A DNA stretch of 64,000 bases from the NCBI GenBank assembly GCA_964016885.1, contig OZ024745.1:45818001-45882000 (forward strand). Direction: 5' to 3'. Positions 38,911 to 54,111 of this stretch are shown one piece after another (positions within the stretch are counted from its first letter, which is position 1; every line of letters begins with the position of its first letter). Below the pieces are notes generated by a model. The model was not told the origin of the DNA, searched no databases, and saw only the letters and a list, made by a program, of their open reading frames with translations. Source of the DNA: Eledone cirrhosa. Its lineage: Eukaryota. The position numbers and the translations under genes are program-made.

Positions 38911-41019
38911 GGTAAGAGATACCACAAGGTGTCACATATGATAGTACAGCAAAACTCTGAAACCGGAAGTATGAAGTTACTGCTCACGTGTAGAGAGATG
39001 GATCTAGGGTGAGTGGGAGAAGGAGGCTGGAATAAATATTGAGAAGCATTTGTCATCCATTGGTGACCTAGCTCCGACAATAGGCCCCATACAAACACGG
39101 TGCCATACGCAGGGGGAACAAGCCCAGATTCTCCCCTCAAGCGAGTGCTATTAATTGCTGAGTATCGGTATGTCTTTGAAGTTTAAGTACGTGCATATGT
39201 TTATGCATTTATGCACGTACATACACATATATGCATCTAAAAGTGGATTGAGCGAGGGTACATGAAGTGGTATAGTAGACGTTTGGAGTGACCATGGGGA
39301 AAGGATGAAAGACAAAGATCACTGCATGAAAATTTACGGTTTTTTTTTTTGTAGCAATCTGAATTATGAAATAAATGACGTAAGTCCTGTTATTCTGAGA
39401 TGAAACTTTTAACTTATAAAAATAAGAGCGAATGACAAGATTAAAAGGTTAGAATTCCATCTTCTGAAAGGTGTAAAACATGCGTGTCTATTGAATTTGC
39501 TTATTATAGTTTACAGTTTGATAAAATTTCATTTAGAAATCGATCCTTTCAAATAGTGAGATTTCTAAGTAGAATTTCCCCGATTGTTTCATCCAACTCA
39601 ACTATGGCTAACTGCTATCTTACTCGTAAATATTTATATATCTATATAATATATATATGTAAAGAGCCTTGAGAATGTAATCAATTCATAATTTATTTGA
39701 CCTTAGCTTCTAAATATAGATTGTATCTAGGTTTATACTAAAAGAAGGAAGTGGGCAGATCTCGTTAAATGAATATCCTGATTTCTATGTTTACATCGTT
39801 TTGGTTGAATGATTGCAAATATAAATGAAAATAAAACAGAAACTAGATTAACAGTGGTTGGCATCTACAAAATATACAAATCTACTGCAAATGTTGATTA
39901 ACAAAAATCGATGTTTTTCAAGTGCGTCTCCTAGCTACCTGATGCATTTCCTGCGGTGTACCTGATCGCTTACCTGTAAACCGAGCTGTTAAACACCAAG
40001 TCAACCAACTAGCCTACAGTGAAATTTATAGTTAGTAATATGCTAACGGTTTTCCTGGAATATGTATATAGCTGAATTGGTAAAGGAACTACCCCTATAT
40101 CAATGACAGCGATTAACAATAATCATTCTAAATATCGATTAGATATTACCGTATATTTCTACATGCAAATATACAAGCATAGGACTAGAGACACCATATT
40201 GAATGCTTACAGTTATATTTAGGCTTGAAAAAAAAAAACGAATAATGTCATCATTATTCAATCAAGTAGCTTTGTACTATCCGTTATGTTTATTACATAA
40301 CAGATATCTGGATTCGTTTTAAGAAGTCAGTATTTTACTAGTAGGAGTTCAGAAAAATAGATTGTCATAGGCAAGCCTGCTTGTATAGACATGTTTCTTT
40401 CGGTCAGAAAAACATGGCTTTTCTAGCAGATATAGAATGCGGAAATCTCTCAAAACAAACGAACTTTTAGCTTTGATTTATTTGCAATTTTCACAAAATA
40501 CTTCCTTTTTGTCGAAATATCCCCGTTTGTTAAATATTTAGTATTAAAATTTTAAAAACCATATAAATCAACACATTTAGATTAGGAGTTTATCATAGTA
40601 AAAAGAATATACACATAAAGCTGAAAATTTCGTTACATATACATGTAGGATAAAGAAAATTGATAGTTTAGACGTTCGTGAATATTTCATATGCATACAG
40701 CTTCATCAATAGTGTTCTATTTCTGTAGGGGCCACCTCGATATAAACTAATATTTCAATAATCATATAAACAAAATCATATATATTCACTGTAATACATC
40801 GATACATACATTCGATAAAAACGATACCAGTGTAGAAATTGACCAACTCTGCCGTGCCTTGATTTATATTCTACTGGTGCTAAACCTTTACATTCAGAGA
40901 TTAAGTGATCCACTGTTTCAATCGCATCATTGCAGAATCAGCACTTTAGATCTACTCCATTTCCTATCACATTGGCTTAATAGTTCCGGGTTAATTAGCT
41001 TTGATCTTTGGCAGTTAAG

Positions 41020-42295
41020 GTGAGGTCATCTCTCTCTACCTTTAGCCCTGAGCTAAGTAGCCTCTAATGGGTGTGCTTCTGGTCAACATCAGCTTGTTTG
41101 CTACGGGTCCCATATTTGCCATGCAGAGGTTTCTGCTCCCAACTTGATGTTAATTATTCATGGCCTTTTTTCTTAGCCATTTATTCTACTTGCTTTGCAA
41201 CAACAGTTGACACAGTTCCCTTGGTTTGTCCAGGCTGGATATTAGTCATGAGATCAATAGCAAATTTTTTGCTCCCTTTCAAGATCAAATGAAGCTTTTT
41301 ACTCAACTCATGTTGTCAACGACTTTCAGCATCCAGTCGTTTTTTCCTCCAAGATATTTGGCCAGTCCAATTGTGGTTTTGTAAGATAGTTCAAACTTGG
41401 TAAAACCTCTGCCTCCTTAGTTTTGGGAGAGTAAAGACGACCCACATCTGCCTTTGGGTGATACATCTTATTACAAGTCAGCAAGTTACGAATTTCTGTG
41501 TCAATTCTCTTTATTTCACTGATATTCAAGTTTAACACATTGAAACTATAACTAACAACTGGAACTGTTAAGGAATTTATGTCTAACTCCTTATTCTTTA
41601 TCTCAGAGTTCAGAACTGCTCGTACTCTCCTATAACATTACTACCTTGTCTTCTCTTTTGTGTTTGCATGCTGCTTACCGGAGTCTTCATTTATAACTAA
41701 GTATTTATATGTGTGTTCCTGCTCAACTCCTTTTATATCTGTTTCAACATTCAATTTGGCTGAATTTGAGTTTATCAACTTCTTAAGAGTGGCCTTGGTA
41801 CAGTTATCAATCCCAAACGTCACCCCAATGTCATCACTGAATGTTTTCACGGTAGGTAATATGTCGTCAAGTTTATCACTGACTTTACCATATAGCTTTA
41901 GGTCATCCATATAAAATAGATGGCTTATTTTCCTGTTGTCAATTTTTATCCGTAACTTGTTTTATTAAATTCGATTGGAAGGGGTAAGCTATGCAAAATA
42001 TTAGAGGTGAAAGTGAGTTACCTTGGAAAATGCCAAAGTCGATGTTAATATTGTTTGAACTTAGTACTCCAATTATATTATCAATGACATATATATCAGA
42101 AAGTTTGAAATTACTGGAGAGATTTTGAAGATGTCCACCGATTTAAGAATCCATGAATATGGTATACTATGGTATACTAAACGCCATTTTGTAATCTGGG
42201 CTTGTTATGATAGTTCTCAAGCTTCATACGACTAATTAAGAGTTGATCTTTACATCCATATGAACCTCGTCGGTAGCCTTTGTGTTCCCTTCCAT
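41020..42295 (-). mobile_element. Decayed R4/Dong-like (RLE) non-LTR retrotransposon, RT region
   Basis: Minus-strand motifs RGSYGCKDQLLI, GIFQGNSLSPLIFCIA, LFYMDDLKLYG, FGIDNC, YKYL, HPKADVGRLY, PLHGKY; several frameshifts. Confidence 0.85.
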
Positions 42296-42407
42296 AACTG
42301 CATATTATTATCATCCTACTACTACTACTACTATTACTAGTAGTAGTACTACTACTGCTGCTGCTACTGCTGCTGCTACTGCTACTACTACTAGTACTAA
42401 TAATAAT

Positions 42408-42595
42408 AATTGTTTCTACTTTAGGCACAAGGCCAGCAATTACCCAGTACATTACTGGTACTTTATTTTATCAACCCCGTAAGGATGAAAGGCAAAGTTA
42501 ACCTCGGCGGGATTTGAACTCAGACTGTAAAGGGTCGTAACTATGCTAGAAAGCATGGCGTCCAACCCTCTACCGATACTGCCAATTCACCGCCC
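42408..42595 (-). mobile_element. tRNA-derived SINE (Meta-like) in a (TAC/TAA)n tract
   Basis: Full reverse-complement copy. Confidence 0.9.
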
Positions 42596-45308
42596 ACTAC
42601 TACTACTAATAATAATAATAATATTAATACAAATACTATCAGCATTCATTCTATTTTTTGTCGTACCACCAATTCACCTAAAATAATAGATTTACCTCGA
42701 TATAAAAACATCATCATCAACAACATAAGCACCTCTATATCAGCTCTACCAATACCACACTGCTGCCATTACTATGAACTTAACCGTGGCTACTGTCACA
42801 GCCCCATCACTTAATCGTATCATCACTATATTAATCACACTAAAATTATGTCCAACGTAATCAATCCTTTCCAAACAACCATCACTATCAACAAATCTGC
42901 ACTATCAATCTTTTCATTTTATATGCAATACAGCCATGTTTTCCAGCCTTAGTTTCCTCATCGTTAGTTTACTTGCATATTTAACTTCACTCTATAACCA
43001 TCAACAATCTCCTTCTCTACTTGCTTACATTGATATCACCACCACCACTATGATCATCATTGATAACCCCTGCCACAGCCGCTATTGCACCAATCCCACA
43101 TGAATTTTTTTCTAAAGCAACTCAGTCTCTTCCATCATTTTACCAATGTCTACAGCCTCCTCACTCTTCCACTGTCAATAACATTGCCCGTACATTAAAC
43201 ACTGAATTCGCCGAGACTACATCCACAAAATGATTCCATCAACCATCTTGCCATCACCTGCAGCATCCAGTGGTGATCCTAAGGTTGATGCGGATGACGA
43301 ACATTTTACTACTCACAATATGTATTATATATTATAAGCAGTAAATTGGTCAGGAAATTAAATTAAATTACAAACATATTATTTTAGTATAATATACTGT
43401 AATGTATTATATTTGAATTAACGTTAGATATAATTTAGTAACACAGCTTATTTTGTCTATTTTGGAGCAAATTACCTGTTGTCGCTTACGATAGTTTAGT
43501 GGTCGAATCTGTAGCAGTGGAGACTTTCAGTCTTCTTGGCCCCTACTCATCACTATCGGGGAACTACTCATCACTATCGGGGCAGAGTTGTTCACCTGCA
43601 GGAGCGAGTGCCACGAGTTGAAATGACAATTCCAACGTATCTCCCTCGACATTCTCCGAGGCGATGTTTTGTCTGCTGGTATAACACACAAGAGAACGCT
43701 TCCCCACAACATCCATCCCTACGTTACAGAAGTATTGATGATGGATGTTCTTCAGAAGAAAAATGCATATTACAAAATACATATTCAAACATACATAAAT
43801 ACATATATTAACAAAACAAATTAACAGTCATGTGACAAACTAACAGCAGAGATGTGGTTTTATCATGAAGATAATGTCATTATTCGACAAATATATGTCA
43901 TCAGTACGTTCATGATGCCAAGCCAATTGATGTATTTCTATGTTGTTTTTTATTTAACAACTTTTGAAGAGTGATATCATTTATAACGTTTCCAATGGTG
44001 CACTCACTGGTTCATGGCATTCTCGAAAACGACAGAGTCAAGAAAGTGTTTATAATTTCGAGGACTTCATAAGACGAGCACCAGCGTTTCGGCGATGTTT
44101 ATATTTTCACTAACTCCTCATAGATTATATGTTCGGTTGAAAGACTATAGATAATAGTGTAGTTTGTAAAATTATGACAGCAAAAATGGCAAAACAATGT
44201 TAGCTGACTGGGCGTTATTGCACCACTTTTGAAGAAACACGAAGACATCACAATGATGGGAAGAAAGAAAATTGCTGTATCAAGTGTGAAAATTGCTAGT
44301 TGCTATCCAAGAAAGCAGCTATCCAGTGTATAATAACCTTAAAATAACCTTAGATCAAGTGGGAAAGAGTCGGGAAGTTGATTTGTATCTGCTGGCCAAT
44401 ACACAACATACTAGAATTATTAAAATCTACATTAGTTCAAGTTAAAAACATTTTAAAAACTCGGGAGAGGGACCCAGTATTTTGTTATGTAACCTTGTTA
44501 GCTCGTACGGTCAGACACCAAGAGATTCATAAAAAATACTAAGATCTTGAATATAGAGATAACATGATGTTTTATCTCAGTTATTTTATGAACAATGTTT
44601 TAAGATTGCATTGTTGCATGTATGTTTACATGAGATTTTCAGTGGCCCTGAGCTCATGGACACACCATTTTAATGTGATTACTGGAGAATAATCTGAACC
44701 ACTAGCCTATTTAATTTTAAATGTTTTGAAAAGAGCCGGCACTCGGTAACTTTGTGTGAGAAGTTTGTGTTAAATGAAATAAAATAAAATCTAGGCATTT
44801 ATTGCAATATAAACTGGAAACATAACGGAATGTGTTGGATTTATCTGCAGTAATATTTCATTGTTTGAGTGTAATAGATGTGGGTAAACAATGCAGAAAA
44901 TGTATCAGTGTTTTAGAATGGCTAACTCGCTAACACAAATATCTAGTAACTCCAGAAAGACCCGTGTATAGTTATCTTAATCACGTTCAATGCCTCCCTT
45001 CATAACCCCTCTATTTTTTTTCATTCTATCTCATCTTTATACGATTCCAAATTCCGATTTGGATTGGCACCGTCTCGCTCCTCATTGCCAACTCTTGAAA
45101 ATACATCACTTTAATTCCATTAACGTTTGCTCCTCTTCCATTGGCTAGACAGCTCATTTGATCCACTGCCAACTTCATCGATTAAATATCGACAAACAGT
45201 TGCATGTATGAGTGTACATAAACATTACACACACATACACACATATACATACATACATTCATGTTCATGCATATATACATATATACATGTGTGTATATAT
45301 ATATATTA

Positions 45309-45393
<85 letters not shown>

Positions 45394-46986
45394 GAGAGAG
45401 AGAGAGAGAGAGACTTTTCAATCTTCCTCACTGTTGGTGTTACTGAAATCATGCTTGATAATATTTTGCTTCCGGTCTGTTTTTCCTTTGATCCATTTGT
45501 TTCTATTTATGTTTTGTTTTTTATCTTAACGCCCTTTCCAAATTTATGTCATTCATTTTTTTATACTTTTTCATCATTTCATTCTTAAAGATTATGATTT
45601 ATTATCATTCACTCCTTCCTATTTTTCTCATCTTTCTTTATTTATTCTGTATTATATTTTGCTTTTTTGCTTTTTTTTTCTTAATGTGTCATGTCTATCT
45701 TTTTTCCTTGCAGTGTTTTGTTATGTTCTGTGCATTTCATTTGTATGTTTGTACGTTTTTATAGATATACTCTGTAAGGAGTTTACTGTCAAATCTGTTT
45801 TTGAGAAACAAAATTCGTGTACACTAGATCGCAATAAGATGGAAAACTCAGGACTCGGAAGACACATTCTCAGATAAAACGGTAGCTATTTAAATGATTC
45901 ACATGATGCACATGCTTACATATTAAGCAGGGATATTCTGCGTAGCCACCAGTAGAATCACGCCTTATAACTTAAAATCGGTTGACAGAAATTACGTTGG
46001 ATGACCATAAACTCAACCAGTTATTCAAAGAGCAGGCCATATCTCACACCTTATTTTTCTGATTAGGCTTTACGATTAAACTAAAGCTCATCCACTTAGA
46101 ATATGTTTGTATAAGTAGCTAGTTCAGTTAATAGAACTATCTATCAAGGAGAGAGGTATGCATCTTCAATCTCAGTATGTGTGCTGAATTTTTGCAAGTG
46201 AGTGGACTCTGCTAAGGGCACACAAATGCTCAGCTGGTGATGTTAAACCGAAAGACGGATTAAGTTTATCATCCAAGTAGGCTCCAGCAGTATTTTGATC
46301 TTAGAATGCATAGAGGTGAAACAAGTATCACAATGCATTTTGTTGTACGCTCCAATTTACAACCCAAAAATAAGTCGTGAACAGAGGCAAACATTAGCGT
46401 TGCAGTCATTGCATTCTATGTGTCTGCCATACTGTCGCTTCTTATAAATGTAATACTTCTTCTCTTCTTCAGCTCACTTTGTACACTAATACTTAACTCT
46501 CATGCCATATTACACTGCATATCATTTAGGAGCTTAATTGTTATATACAATTTTATTGATTGTAAAATACAGTTTTTACTCCAATATAAATATTTCAATT
46601 TTTTTAATTTTATTAATTTGATTATAATTTTTATTTCTCTTAAATCGGGGTTGATGTAAGATGATATCCGTTTTTCTCATTAATTTCCAACTGTATATCA
46701 TTGATTAATTAATCAATTCTTCCTCCCAAATATTTTAACAGTCGTAATATGGGTTTGTAAGTTCATTCGTTATTGCTCCCAGCAATGTTTATATAGAATT
46801 GCTTCCTACCTTCCTCTGAATAACGTACAATCATAAACTACAACGTATTTCCAGAGAAAACAATATATCACTATATATTTCACTGTTTATATCAGTTTTC
46901 ACTCAACAGAATTCATGCCAACACTAACTATGTATCATGCCAACATGCTTACATAAATACACACATACACACAATACACACACGGT

Positions 46987-47039
<53 letters not shown>

Positions 47040-47183
47040 TCATACAAGATACATGTAACAACAAACATAGATAGAAAGAATGATAGATAGATAGATACAT
47101 AGGTAGATAGATAGTCGAATATTGACGGAGGCAGACCAGTATAGTAAAAAAAAACATATATATATTAAACTATATATATTAAT

Positions 47184-47283
<100 letters not shown>

Positions 47284-47651
47284 TGTATAAATATATCCCT
47301 GTTCTGTAGGGAGTTTGGCATAAATCCTAAAGTTCAGGAAATAAATTACAACATATGTAGATTATTTAACGTGTCGCTTTAAGCTAGGTATCTCCAATAG
47401 ATTTAATTGATTCATAGCTGAGTATATCCCAATATACAGAATTTATTGAAAGAATTCATATAGTGGGTGCTTTATATATATATATATATATATATAACTG
47501 CTCTGTAAAACAACTGATGTTGTTACATTGAGCTATTTATCTTACTGGTAATAAGATAGTAATGAATTACTGTCTTTCACTATTTAGGGTTTAAAATATA
47601 TATAACTATAAAAGGTTTTATTATATACATAACCATAAATAGTATCCTTAA

Positions 47652-47713
<62 letters not shown>

Positions 47714-47718
<5 letters not shown>

Positions 47719-47955
47719 GAAAATAAAACAAAGAAGCCTTCAATACATCAAAAGTCTTTATTAACCAACAATGTTTCGTCCTATTAAGGACTCATCAGGG
47801 CAATTAAAACTACAAGAAGCACTATCGCGGCTTGTATTGGCCGATAGTGCTTCTTGTAGTTTTAATTGCCCTGATGAGTCCTTAATAGGACGAAACATTG
47901 TTGGCTAATAAAGACTTTTGATGTATTGAAGGCTTCTTTGTTTTATTTTCATAAT
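47714..47955. mobile_element. Fold-back element with 114-bp arms next to (TA)n, hammerhead in each arm
   Basis: Arms 47714-47827 and 47842-47955, one mismatch. Confidence 0.9.
47859..47915 (+). ncRNA. Minimal type I hammerhead ribozyme; mirror copy on minus strand at 47754-47810
   Basis: ..UUGCC-CUGAUGA(47871-77)-GUCCU-uaau-AGGAC-GAAA(47892-95)-CAUUG-UU-GGCUAA; GUU triplet at 47900-02. Confidence 0.88.
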
Positions 47956-49321
47956 TCTTCGGCTCTGTTTAATTACATTGAGCTATACCTTTTACTGTCA
48001 TTTCTATAATACGAAGAGAGTGTTTAACTCCAACACGCTCCAGTATTTTAATCCTTATATATATATAATATATACACACTTCGTGAGAAATTAGGTTCAA
48101 ATTATAGTGAAACAATTTTTCCTGCCCGGAGCCGCATTCCTCTGGTATTACCATTCTGCCCATATTTTCCTAAAGATGACAACTTCAAATTGAACATCAG
48201 CTGCATTGATCACAGAAAATTATATATCTCTATTCATGCTGATTAATACACACATAGCTGTATTACACACATAGCTGTATAAATTGGAGGAAAGTACATC
48301 AAACCCTAGATTCTATAAATGATTGACAGCAAGTCAAATGAATGTAACCCCTACGAAAATATTAGAAATATATATTAAAAAAATAAACACATGCTTGTCG
48401 AAAAAAAAAAACAGCAGCGACAAGAACATCAACATAAATTACAGGAACAGAACAAAATATGGCCATGGAGTTTCTATGTCTACGTTTAAACACATCCGGT
48501 AGCAGTTGTATTCGTGACTGGGCGACGAACCATTTCCCATAACTATTAATATAAGTATTCAATGAAGCATTTCAATAACCAGATTTACTGCTCAGTCATA
48601 CTTCTGTAGGAACAGGAAACATTATCATCGGTTAAAAATAAATAAAATAAAAAACAAAGGTAAAATGACATTGATAACGATAACGTTTTCTTGAATAGCA
48701 ATGGAGTTGCAGCGATATAAAATAGTAAATTTGTGATGTAATTCATTTTCCAAGGACGTGGGGGACATAATAGAAGGAAAGCCGTTTCAATTTGGAAATA
48801 TAATTGGATCGTCAAATCGGTTCGCTTCAAATTTACGACCACTAAACCACTTTTAAGTACTCGGTGTAGGATCAATAAGAAATAAAAGCATACATACGAG
48901 TAAAACCTGAAACTTACTGTTGAAGGTGACACTGGCACAAGTAAGATACAGAACAAAATACATGTAAGAGGTCATAAGAATTAATCCTTGCATAAGCATT
49001 ATTTGTTGAATTTAGAAAAGAGGAAAAATGAACGTGTACCATCCCTCAAAGGCAATGTTGATATATTTCAAATGAAAAATGTTAATCATTGATCAAACTA
49101 AGCCCCGATCCGAATTTATTGGGAAATCATATCACAAATACATACTTGTGATTTTACACTTCTTAACATGTTTAGATAAAAAATTGACAATACAAAGTAA
49201 ACAGATTATAGACTAGATTCCTATTTACTTAACTAAAATATTAAGTACAGCAAAGAAGCTACCAGATTCACTATTGCATTTGGAGTTATTTAACATTGTG
49301 TCCTATCATGTTTTGACGTGA

Positions 49322-49510
49322 GGATGGTGAATTGGCAGAATTGAGAGATCGTCAGATAAAATCCTATTGCGGTATTTGTTCTTTATATTATGAGTTCAGT
49401 CAGCTTTTCCTTTCATCCTTCTGAGGGTCGATAAAATAAAGTACCAGTTAAATACTGAGGTTGATTTAATTAACTTTGCTCTTCTCCCAAATTCGCTTGC
49501 CTTGTGCTTC
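49322..49510 (+). mobile_element. Diverged Meta-like SINE
   Basis: GGTGAATTGGCAGAAT..CCTTTCATCCTTCTGAGGGTCGATAAAATAAAGTACCAG. Confidence 0.75.
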
Positions 49511-49696
49511 GATTACAAATCTATAGTTATGTATACACGTGTAATTACAAATGCATATCCACACAATTATATATATATATGTGTGTGTGTGAGTGTGTGT
49601 AAACATATATATATAAACACACGCATACATATATATGTGTGTGAGTGTGTGCATTGTGTGTGTGTGTGTGTGTTTGTGTGTGTGTGGGGGGGGTGC

Positions 49697-49727
<31 letters not shown>

Positions 49728-50180
49728 CGTTCTTGAGAGTCCGTGTCCGGGTCTGTTAACGTTTGTGTCTACTGAGTCTATGTCACGGCGTCGTTTTAAA
49801 AATAAGAAAAACTCATTTCTATGTTTCCCGAATTTTCTATTAATTGATTGTCTTTGAGTTACTTTTCTTGTTTATTTTTTATACCTAGATTTCATGCATA
49901 TTTCAAGGGAGTATTGACTACTAATTGCATAGATAATTCCTGTTAATATAGGTTTTATATTTTTCAAGAGGCTATATCGCATATTTGAAACGCATTTCTG
50001 TTTAGTATGCAGAACGCTGCTCTGCGGTATTTTACTGAAACTGCATGTTGATGTGTCATGTGACGTCAGAACTCAACACAGAATATTCTTGTATCTGTTA
50101 TAATCTGTTTCATTTCTAGGAGATCTATAACAGGGTTTACTTATAGATTGTAATGATGGCTTCCGTTGCAATATGAATGC

Positions 50181-50269
<89 letters not shown>

Positions 50270-50310
50270 ATTATATATATATATTATATATATATATATA
50301 TATAATATAT

Positions 50311-50386
<76 letters not shown>

Positions 50387-50627
50387 ATTATATAGTAATA
50401 ATAATAGTAATAATAATAAATTTTGAAGTTTAAAATCCAAAGAGGGCTCGATAAGGATAAATATATATCAAATATATAAGAACCATAGAGCAAATATTTA
50501 TTAAAATAAAAGATTAAAGTTTAAGCAAAGAATCGCTGCTTTCACCCTTAATCTGTTATTTTAATAAATATATATATATATATATAAGGGGTAAAGTGGT
50601 ATATATATATATATATATACATATTTG

Positions 50628-50685
<58 letters not shown>

Positions 50686-50929
50686 TATATACACACATAT
50701 ATATGTGAGTGTGTGTGTGTGTGTGTATATATATATGTATGTATATATATATATACATATATATATATATGCGTAATAGAAATTACGAAAGAATAGATAG
50801 ATCGTGCTAACAATTTAAACAACGAGTTTGGAAATATAAGTTGTCAATAAAAGGTTCCTCTCTGGTAAACCATCTATAGCTGGATCTCTGAAAAAGATTT
50901 TGCCAATTTTATGTGGCATCTATCTAAAT

Positions 50930-51150
50930 AACGATTTCTAAGTTAGGCACACGGCCAACGATTTGGAGGAAAGGCAGAGCTGATTAAATCAACCCTAGTT
51001 TTGTACTGCTAATATATTTTGTCGACCTCAGAGGAATGAAACGTAAAATTGACTTCAGTGGAAATTGAACTCAGAATATAAAGAGCTAGAATAAATATCC
51101 CAATGATATTTTATCCGACGTTTTAGCAATGCTGCCAATCCACCACCTTC
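50930..51150 (-). mobile_element. Diverged Meta-like SINE
   Basis: GGCACACGGCCA..GTCGACCTC..GAATGAAA..TTGAACTCAGAA..CTGCCAATCCACCACC. Confidence 0.7.
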
Positions 51151-51408
51151 TACCCATCTAAATAACAGCAACCATTTTGAAATGAAATGTGCGCATCAAA
51201 AATGCTATACAAATGTGTGTATATGTGTGTTTGTGTCTGTGTGTGTCTATATATCAGTGCCTGTGAATGTGTATCCGTGTCTGTCTGAGTATGTGTATCT
51301 GTGTGTGTTTGCGTGTGTGTCTCTGTGTATGTGCATCTGTGTGTGTGTTTCTGTTTCTGTAGCTGCCTGCATGTGTGTCTGTGTGTGCGGGATTTGTCTG
51401 TGTCTCTT

Positions 51409-51584
<176 letters not shown>

Positions 51585-51780
51585 TGCGAGTGTGTGTGCA
51601 TCAAATATCATCCACTTGTACGTATCATTCTCTCTAACATCTTCTCAACCTCTTAACACTTTTTCTCTCTTTTATTCTCTCCTTCCACTCTCTCTATCTC
51701 TCTTTCCATCTGTCCCTCTTCTTTTCTCTTTATTTCTCACTTCCTCTCTCTCTCTCTCTCTCTCTCTCTCAGTCTCTCTC

Positions 51781-51857
<77 letters not shown>

Positions 51858-52035
51858 ATACTTGGGGAGGGTCATATTGTTGTAATAATATTGCCAGAAA
51901 TAATAACAGAACACACTCACTGTTTGGTTGGTTTTCGCTTCTGTATCTTTTATATCTCCACAGTTAATTCATTCGGTCCTCAATGTTTACCATTGACTGA
52001 GCAACGGTCAAAAATACAGATATAAATACATATAT

Positions 52036-52089
52036 ATAGTCTAACAAAGTTCTTTCGTTGCACATCTGCAACATCATCAGTGGTACTAT
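52036..52089 (-). ncRNA. Minimal type I hammerhead motif (extra U after A9)
   Basis: Minus strand: AUAGU-ACCA-CUGAUGA-u-GUUGCA-gaug-UGCAAC-GAAA-GAAC-UU-UGUU-ag-ACUAU; ends in a short (TA)n. Confidence 0.65.
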
Positions 52090-52468
52090 TATGTTTCCTC
52101 CTTTGTATTGTATGTCTACGCCATTTTTATTTTATCTGTTTATTTATTTATTTATTTTTTGTCTTCTTCCCTGCGCATGCGTTTGCGTGTGTGTATATAT
52201 ATATAGAGAGAGAGAGGGGGGAGAGAGAGAGAGAATGAGGTAGAGAGATAGAGAGAGGGAGTATTAAATACATCGAAGGCAAATATAGTTGTATTCAGTT
52301 TTATTTAATTTCCATGATACATATTTTGCTGAGATCGACGGTTGGGTAGTTTTCTTCCTACCCATTCCATCGGCCTGAGCTCGTTAACTCCATACTAAAA
52401 TAATATATGTGTGTGTGTGGGGGGGTGTAAGTGTGTGTGTAAGTGTGTGTGTGTGTGTAAGTGTGTGT

Positions 52469-52556
<88 letters not shown>

Positions 52557-52704
52557 TTATCTTTCGTTCTCAATACCACTTTCTCTGCACTCTTTGTGCA
52601 CTATCAGGCAGCCTGCTGACTTCCTTGACAATTGTTATGGACCTGTCATGAAATTTTCATGGAGGGTTCATATTGTCTATTGTGGGTACATTATCTTGTT
52701 GGAT

Positions 52705-52893
52705 AGGGCGGTGGATTGGCAGTATCAGTAGAGGGTCGGACGCCATGCTTTCCAACATAGTTACGTCCCTTTACGATCTGAGTTCAAATCCCGCCGAGGT
52801 TGACTTTGCCTTTCATCCTTACGGGGTCGATAAAATAAAGTACCAGTAATGCACTGGGTAATTGCTGGCCTTGTGCCAAAAGTAGAAACAATT
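52705..52893 (+). mobile_element. Full-length young Meta-like SINE with 17-bp TSD
   Basis: ATTATCTTGTTGGATAG at 52690-52706 and 52891-52907; A-box TGGCAGTATCAGT, B-box GAGTTCAAATCCC. Confidence 0.95.
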
Positions 52894-53726
52894 ATCTTGT
52901 TGGATAGATACAGTCAAGTTTCCCACACATAAAAAAAAAAAAATCCGTTATTGAAGCAGAAACCATTTTGGCAAAAGCTTTACCGGTTCCGAGAACGTAC
53001 TGCCCAGAACTGGTTCTTTAATTTATCAAGGATGATTTTTTACTTCGGTAGAATTTGAAAACAGAACGTATTGAGGTGGTGAGGCCGTTTGCTCAACATG
53101 CAAGCGATTCTGTCACTTTCCCGTCTTGATTTGTCTATTCGGATTTTTTGCAATAGGCGTCGAAATGGCAGAATCAATAGAACGTCAGTTAGAATGCCTT
53201 ACGGTATTCAACACAACCCTCTGAGCTCTAACTTCAATTTCCACCGATGTCAACTTTGCCTTTTATACTTTTAAGATTAATAAAAAAAATATATACCAGT
53301 CCATCACTAGGATCAATTTTTTCCCCCAGTATCTCTTCATTTCATCTCACTTAATCTCTTCTCTGGAAAAAATTGACTTTAAACATTTTTCCTTTTAATT
53401 CTTCTTTTGTATTAATTTTTCCCTTCCTCTTTAAATCTTATTTCTTAATTATCACTCTGCCTATTTCCTCACGTTTCCTTATTGAGACATTTAGGTCCAT
53501 TTTTCTGTAATATTTTCTTCAACTTCCTTCTTGAATCTCTATAGAATCCCTACTTTTTCCATATACATTCGGACCACTGTTATATCTTCGGTCATTTCCA
53601 TAACTGTTGCTACATCTTTTATTTTTTCATATTACCAAATATAATTGTTTCAATATCTGATGTATATATATATACATATATATGTCTGTGTATGTGCATG
53701 GTCTTGGATACATGTTGTCTAGGTAA

Positions 53727-53916
53727 TAATTGTTTCTACTTTTGGCAATAAAGGCCAGCAATTACCCAGTGCATTACTGGTACTTTATTTTATCGACCCC
53801 GTAAGGATGAAAGGCAAAGTCAACCTCGGCGGGATTTGAACTCAGATCGTAAAGGGACATAACTATGCTGGAAAGCATGGCGTCCGACCCTCTACCGATA
53901 CTGCCAATCCACCGCC
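53727..53916 (-). mobile_element. Full-length Meta-like SINE
   Basis: Near reverse complement of 52705-52893. Confidence 0.92.
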
Positions 53917-54111
53917 ATATTACCAAATATAATATATGTGTAAAAGTACATATCTACATGTGTGTGACTGGACGAGCTTGGAACCATTTTATATGTTGGT
54001 GTGTTAGTGGAGATACATTTCACTTTAGTAGAGTTTCACTAGGTTTGTCGTGCTCCTTAGATCTTTCTCTTAATCCATTAAATGAAGCATCAAAACTTTC
54101 CCCACTTTCTC

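Noticed and set aside
38221-39012. 263-aa Cys/His-rich repeat ORF, and a possible CRISPR array
   Set aside because: Pure 42-bp tandem repeat open in several frames; no unique spacers and no cas genes
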